Shown here: in pieces, positions 10,144 to 13,886 of the stretch
How the letters are laid out: the number at the start of each line of letters is the position of its first letter
Numbering within the stretch: position 1 is the stretch's first letter
Assembly (NCBI RefSeq): GCF_000142905.1
Contig: NW_013657606.1
Location: forward strand, 1 to 13,886
Direction: 5' to 3'
DNA: 13,886 nucleotides
Origin: Thecamonas trahens ATCC 50062
Lineage: Eukaryota > Protista > Apusomonadida
Translations under genes and position numbers: made by a program
The notes under the pieces: model-generated
The model's input: only the letters and a program-made list of their open reading frames with translations
Database searches by the model: none
What the model was told of the DNA's origin: nothing

Positions 10144-10789
10144 ATGGGAGTCCACATGCACTCCACGTGCATATGGTTTGGTAAAAACTGCTGCTGCAGT
10201 GCGAGCACATCCCCTCATCCCTCGCCAGCTGCGAGTGTGCGCCGGACGCGCGACGGGTTGAGAGCCTCCCGTGGTCAACAGAGCCGTTTTGCCGCACCCA
10301 GCTTGCATCCAGATAGCGTCCACAAGCCTCTCTACATGATCATTAGCCTCTTGGCCATCTAGCCCCGTTATCGCCCAAGATGGCTCTCAGCGTCGACGAC
10401 CAAGTCCGACGTGGCCTCCGCGTTTGCTGATCACAGGTTTGGCGGCCGAGTGAACGGCAAATTGTTCCGCTGAGAAGGAAATCCTGCAACCGACCCACGG
10501 CGCAACGGCTGCGGCGGAAGACTGGGACGAGCTGTGGGTGGCACAGCTCACTCGGTCGATCGATCGGACGGTATTGTTGACGGAGAGATGGGCAATCGGT
10601 CGACGCGACAGCGGAGCAATCCACACACATGGCATCGCGAGCTGCTCACGCGATACGCAGACGTTGAGCAGGCGCACATCCTCCCTCCGCTCCCTCTTCC
10701 TTTGTCATCGTATGCCAAGGTCGACATCACGCCCATGTGCGCCCTCGGCCATCTCGCCGGGTGCTCTCTCGCCGGCCGAGCCGATGCCG

Positions 10790-11355
10790 ATGATGACCAT
10801 GGTGGCGGCGATGACCATGGTGGGGGTGCTCATAATGGTGGTGGCGATCATGGTGGCGATCATGGCGATCATGGCGATCATGCGGGGATCATGGCGATCA
10901 TGGCGATCATGCGGGGATCATGGCGATCATGGTGGTGATCATGGCGATCATGGCGATCATGGTGGTGATCATGGCGATCATGGCGATCATGGTCGCCGTG
11001 CCCATGCCCATGCCCATGCCCATACCCATGCCCATACACCCCCGCCCATGCCCCTGCCCTTCTCCATGGGCATCCTCCCTGATCTGCCGCTCCCTCCCTC
11101 CGCCGACGCCGCCGCCGCCGGCTCTGCTCCCGCTCCGTCCGCCCATGGAGGGCATGGAAGGCATGGAGAGCATGGGCATGGGGGGGACGGGGGGCATGGG
11201 CATGGTGGTCGTGGTCATGGGCGTGCCGAGGCCGAGGCCGAGTCGAGCATGTGTTCCATGGACGGCACGGGCATGGGCATGGGCATGGGTATGGGTATGG
11301 ACGGCACGGACATGGGCATGGGCATGGGCATGGGCATGGACGGCACGGACACGGA

Positions 11356-11413
<58 letters not shown>

Positions 11414-11473
11414 GGTCTGGAGGGGACGGACACGGGCATCATGGCGGACACGCCCACGGACACGGCCACCATG
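10790..11473 (+). repeat. Compound microsatellite block: (GATCATGGY)n, (GCCCAT)n and (CATGGG)n, encoding His/Gly- or Met-rich text depending on frame
   Basis: GATCATGGC units at about 10846-10993, including an exact 29-bp duplication (10858-10886 = 10887-10915). GCCCAT x6 at 11000-11035. ATGGGC runs at 11270-11415. Confidence 0.92.
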
Positions 11474-13886
11474 CCCAACAACCCCTCCCCTCCCCCTCCC
11501 CCGCCCCCGCCCCCGCTCCTCCTCCCCCTCTCCCACCCCTTGGCCACCACCGCCTCCATCACCGGCGGCAAGGGCTCGGCCCTCGCCTCTCTCTCTTCCC
11601 TCGGCCTGTGCCTCCCTCCCACCGCCATCATCCCCACCTCGGCCTTCTGCTCCGCCCGCCCGCCCTCCCACCGCTCGCTGCCCTCTGCCTGGTCCGTCCC
11701 GCCCGCCCTCATCGCTGCCGTCCTCTCCTGGGCCGATGCCTCTCTCGCCGACGCCTCCACCGTCCTCGCCTTCCGCTCCTCGGCCACAAACGAGGACGGG
11801 TCGACGTCGTCGCTCGCCGGCGTTGCTGCCTCGGTCCTCGGCGTCCGCCGCGAGCCTGCCGCCATTGCCGCCGCCATCGCATCCGTCTGGGCCTCGCTCC
11901 CTCTCCCCAGCAGCGACGACGAGAACGACAGCGAGGCCATGGCCGTCGTCGTCCAGGCACTCATCTCGCCGCGCGCCGCGGGCGTTCTCTTCACCACACA
12001 CCCGATGACCGGCGACGAGCGCGTCATGGTCATCGAGGCCGTCTGGGGCCTCGGCGAGTCGCTCGTCTCCGGATCCGCTTCGGCCGCCTCGTACGCCTTT
12101 GCCTGGCCCACCGCCGAGCTCATCCCCACTCCGCCCACCTGGTCGCAGGCGACCAAGGTGGTGTGGGCCGGGCCTCATGCTCCGCCAGCGCCCGACGGTG
12201 GCGCCACCGTCACCGTCCCGCTACCGCCGGCCGAGCTCGCGTCGCCTCCGCTCGGCACCGCCGCCGATGCCGACATCGCCGTTCTCGGAGCTCTTGCCCA
12301 GCTCGGCCTCACCATCGCCTCGCACGCCGGCCTCCCGCAGGACATCGAGTGGGCGCTCACTCACCACGGCGAGCTTGTCGTCCTCCAGGCCCGCCCCATC
12401 ACCGCCCTCAACATCGACCTGCCGCGCCTGGCCGGCACCTCGTGGGCCTCGGGCTTTACCCGCAAGTCGTGGCTCTCCATGTCGCTCACCTCAGCCGCCG
12501 GCTTCTACGCCGCCACCGTCCAGTCGGCCGTCACCGACCTCCCGCCCATCGCCGCCTTTGCCACCCCGGTCTTTGGCGTCCTCTACATCAACCGCATGCA
12601 CATCATGGTGTTTGACGACGAGCGCCGCGCATCGCCGGCCTTTGTCCGCGCCCGTGACTCGGGCCTCCTCGCCGCCCGCGCCACCGCCCTCACCGCACAC
12701 ATCAACACAGAGATCCTCCCGCGCCTCTGGCCGCTCCTTCCCCGCCTTGATGCCCTCACCGTCCCTGCCCTCGCCACGCTCCTCCGCGCCCTTCTCGCTG
12801 AACGCATCGAGCTCGCCTACCACTCGTTCACCACCGGCTCCATCGCCCGCGACCTCCATCGCTCGCTCGACAGCTCTCTTGCTGGGCACGACTTTGACCG
12901 TGGCGTCCACGCCGGCGCAGGCGCCGTCACCCGTTCCCTCGCCACCCTCGTCGCATCCCTTGATCCGTCCGCCCGTGCCGCCTACGCCGCCGCCGCCTCG
13001 CCCGCCGCCCTCCTTGCCATCGTCGACGTGCCGACCCGCGACGCGCTTGCCGCCTGGATCGGCGAGTTCTTCTGGCTCTCCGAGCACGACGAGGACATTG
13101 CCGCCACCGACCGCTGGGCCGACGACATCACCACGCCGCTCTCGCTCTTCATCGCCGCTTGCGCCGCCCCGCCGCCTCCTCCTCCCGCCTCGTCGTCTGC
13201 TTGTGCATCCTCGCCACCGCCCGCCCCGCCGCTCGCCCTCCTCCGCGCCTACCTCCACGCCAAGGAGGAGGTCCACATCACATACTGCCGGCTCAACTAC
13301 GCGCTCCGCCACATGCTCGACGCTCTGGGCGCCCGCCTCGAGCTCAACCTCCACCACCTCGACATCTTCACCCTCTTCCCACTCCTCGACGCGCCGACCT
13401 GCCGCCGATCCCTCGCCGAGGCCCGCGCCACCGCCTCTCTTCACGCCACCATCAAGGCCATGTTTGCCCGCTTCACACCGCCGCCCTCCATCGTCGGCGC
13501 CACCCGCGCCGCTGCCACTCCGCCGCCCCGCGCCGCCATCGGCTCGGACATGATCTCCGGCCGCGGCGTGTCTGCCGGCCGCGCCATCGGCCGTGCCTTT
13601 GTCGCCCACGACCTCGCCTCCGCCATCGCTGGCCTCCGTGCCGGCGACATCCTCGTCACCCGCGCCACCAGCCCCGCCTGGGCCGTCGTCTTCCCCAAGC
13701 TCGCCGGCCTCGTCACTGAAGTCGGCTCGGCCCTGAGTCACGGCGCCGTCGTCGCCCGCGAGCTGGGTCTCCCGGCCGTCGCAGGCGTCCGTCGCGCCGT
13801 CGACCGCATCTCGGCCGAGCTCGCCTCCACCCCGCGCCCCGGCCCACTCATGCTCGAGATCGACGGCCTCCACGGCACCATCGTCG
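11471..13886 (+). CDS. PEP-utilising dikinase-family enzyme with RPH/PigC-like architecture (N-terminal ATP-grasp, central domain, C-terminal phospho-His swivel); 3' end runs off the window
   Basis: Hand translation of the + frame containing 11471 (not in the ORF track) finds no stop from 10454 to the window end. ATP-grasp motifs: TGGKGSAL, AFRSSATNEDGSTSSLAG, MAVVVQALISPRAAGVLFTTHPMTG, IEAVWGLGESLVSG, PQDIEWA, LQARPIT. His domain: GRGVSAGRAIGRA, GDILVTRATSPAW, GLVTEVGSALSHGAVVARELGLPAV (His at 13739-13741), LEIDGLHGTI. ATG 11471 is the minimal start; in-frame ATGs exist back to 10712. Confidence 0.92.
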   Translation, partial: MPNNPSPPPPPPPPPLLLPLSHPLATTASITGGKGSALASLSSLGLCLPPTAIIPTSAFCSARPPSHRSLPSAWSVPPALIAAVLSWADASLADASTVLAFRSSATNEDGSTSSLAGVAASVLGVRREPAAIAAAIASVWASLPLPSSDDENDSEAMAVVVQALISPRAAGVLFTTHPMTGDERVMVIEAVWGLGESLVSGSASAASYAFAWPTAELIPTPPTWSQATKVVWAGPHAPPAPDGGATVTVPLPPAELASPPLGTAADADIAVLGALAQLGLTIASHAGLPQDIEWALTHHGELVVLQARPITALNIDLPRLAGTSWASGFTRKSWLSMSLTSAAGFYAATVQSAVTDLPPIAAFATPVFGVLYINRMHIMVFDDERRASPAFVRARDSGLLAARATALTAHINTEILPRLWPLLPRLDALTVPALATLLRALLAERIELAYHSFTTGSIARDLHRSLDSSLAGHDFDRGVHAGAGAVTRSLATLVASLDPSARAAYAAAASPAALLAIVDVPTRDALAAWIGEFFWLSEHDEDIAATDRWADDITTPLSLFIAACAAPPPPPPASSSACASSPPPAPPLALLRAYLHAKEEVHITYCRLNYALRHMLDALGARLELNLHHLDIFTLFPLLDAPTCRRSLAEARATASLHATIKAMFARFTPPPSIVGATRAAATPPPRAAIGSDMISGRGVSAGRAIGRAFVAHDLASAIAGLRAGDILVTRATSPAWAVVFPKLAGLVTEVGSALSHGAVVARELGLPAVAGVRRAVDRISAELASTPRPGPLMLEIDGLHGTIV

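Noticed and set aside
6188-10323. Overlapping and antisense ORFs within the ankyrin gene (e.g. 8617..10323 minus, 568 aa)
   Set aside because: Expected stop-poor shadows of a high-GC3 CDS, with no recognisable motifs.
10380-10790. Separate small gene or extra exons between the ankyrin gene and the His block (e.g. EDWDELWVAQLTR, RELLTRYADVEQAH)
   Set aside because: Protein-like snippets lie in different frames with no convincing start, splice sites or domain. It cannot be supported without transcripts.
10907-13873. Track ORFs 10920..12008, 11251..12615, 12099..13553, 10907..12178, 11215..12156 and 12491..13873 as genes
   Set aside because: They are Pro/Arg/Gly-rich shadow frames of the GC-rich dikinase CDS, and all conserved motifs are in the unlisted frame. 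Only the His-rich first ~75 codons of 11251..12615 may be meaningful.
11471-13886. Calling the enzyme ppsA/PPDK or a true rph
   Set aside because: Domain order excludes canonical PEP synthase and PPDK as far as the window shows. The central domain is too diverged to assert rifampin specificity, so no gene symbol is given.

Overview
GC-rich sequence from a scaffolded assembly (N gap at 906-1688). It looks like a microbial eukaryote: F-box, low-complexity tracts, a possible GT-AG intron, no operon structure. The composition and ankyrin style recall apusomonads such as Thecamonas, which is a guess only. Left to right: (1) decayed + strand remnants of an ankyrin-repeat gene after the gap; (2) a minus-strand gene split over three frames whose last part carries a divergent RNase III domain; (3) a 26-unit 39/40-bp tandem array with higher-order structure, lying between the divergent genes; (4) an uninterrupted 1346-aa F-box + ankyrin-repeat protein with poly-Ser, poly-Glu and SIM-like C-terminal motifs; (5) a His/Gly/Met microsatellite block; (6) a long + strand ORF missing from the ORF track because it runs off the window. 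It encodes a dikinase-type enzyme with the ATP-grasp / central domain / C-terminal phospho-His order of rifampin phosphotransferase (RPH) and PigC/RedH. The strongest candidates for novelty are this apparently host-adapted RPH/PigC-like enzyme, the split RNase III-like gene and the structured array. All translations and comparisons were done by eye, with no database searches.
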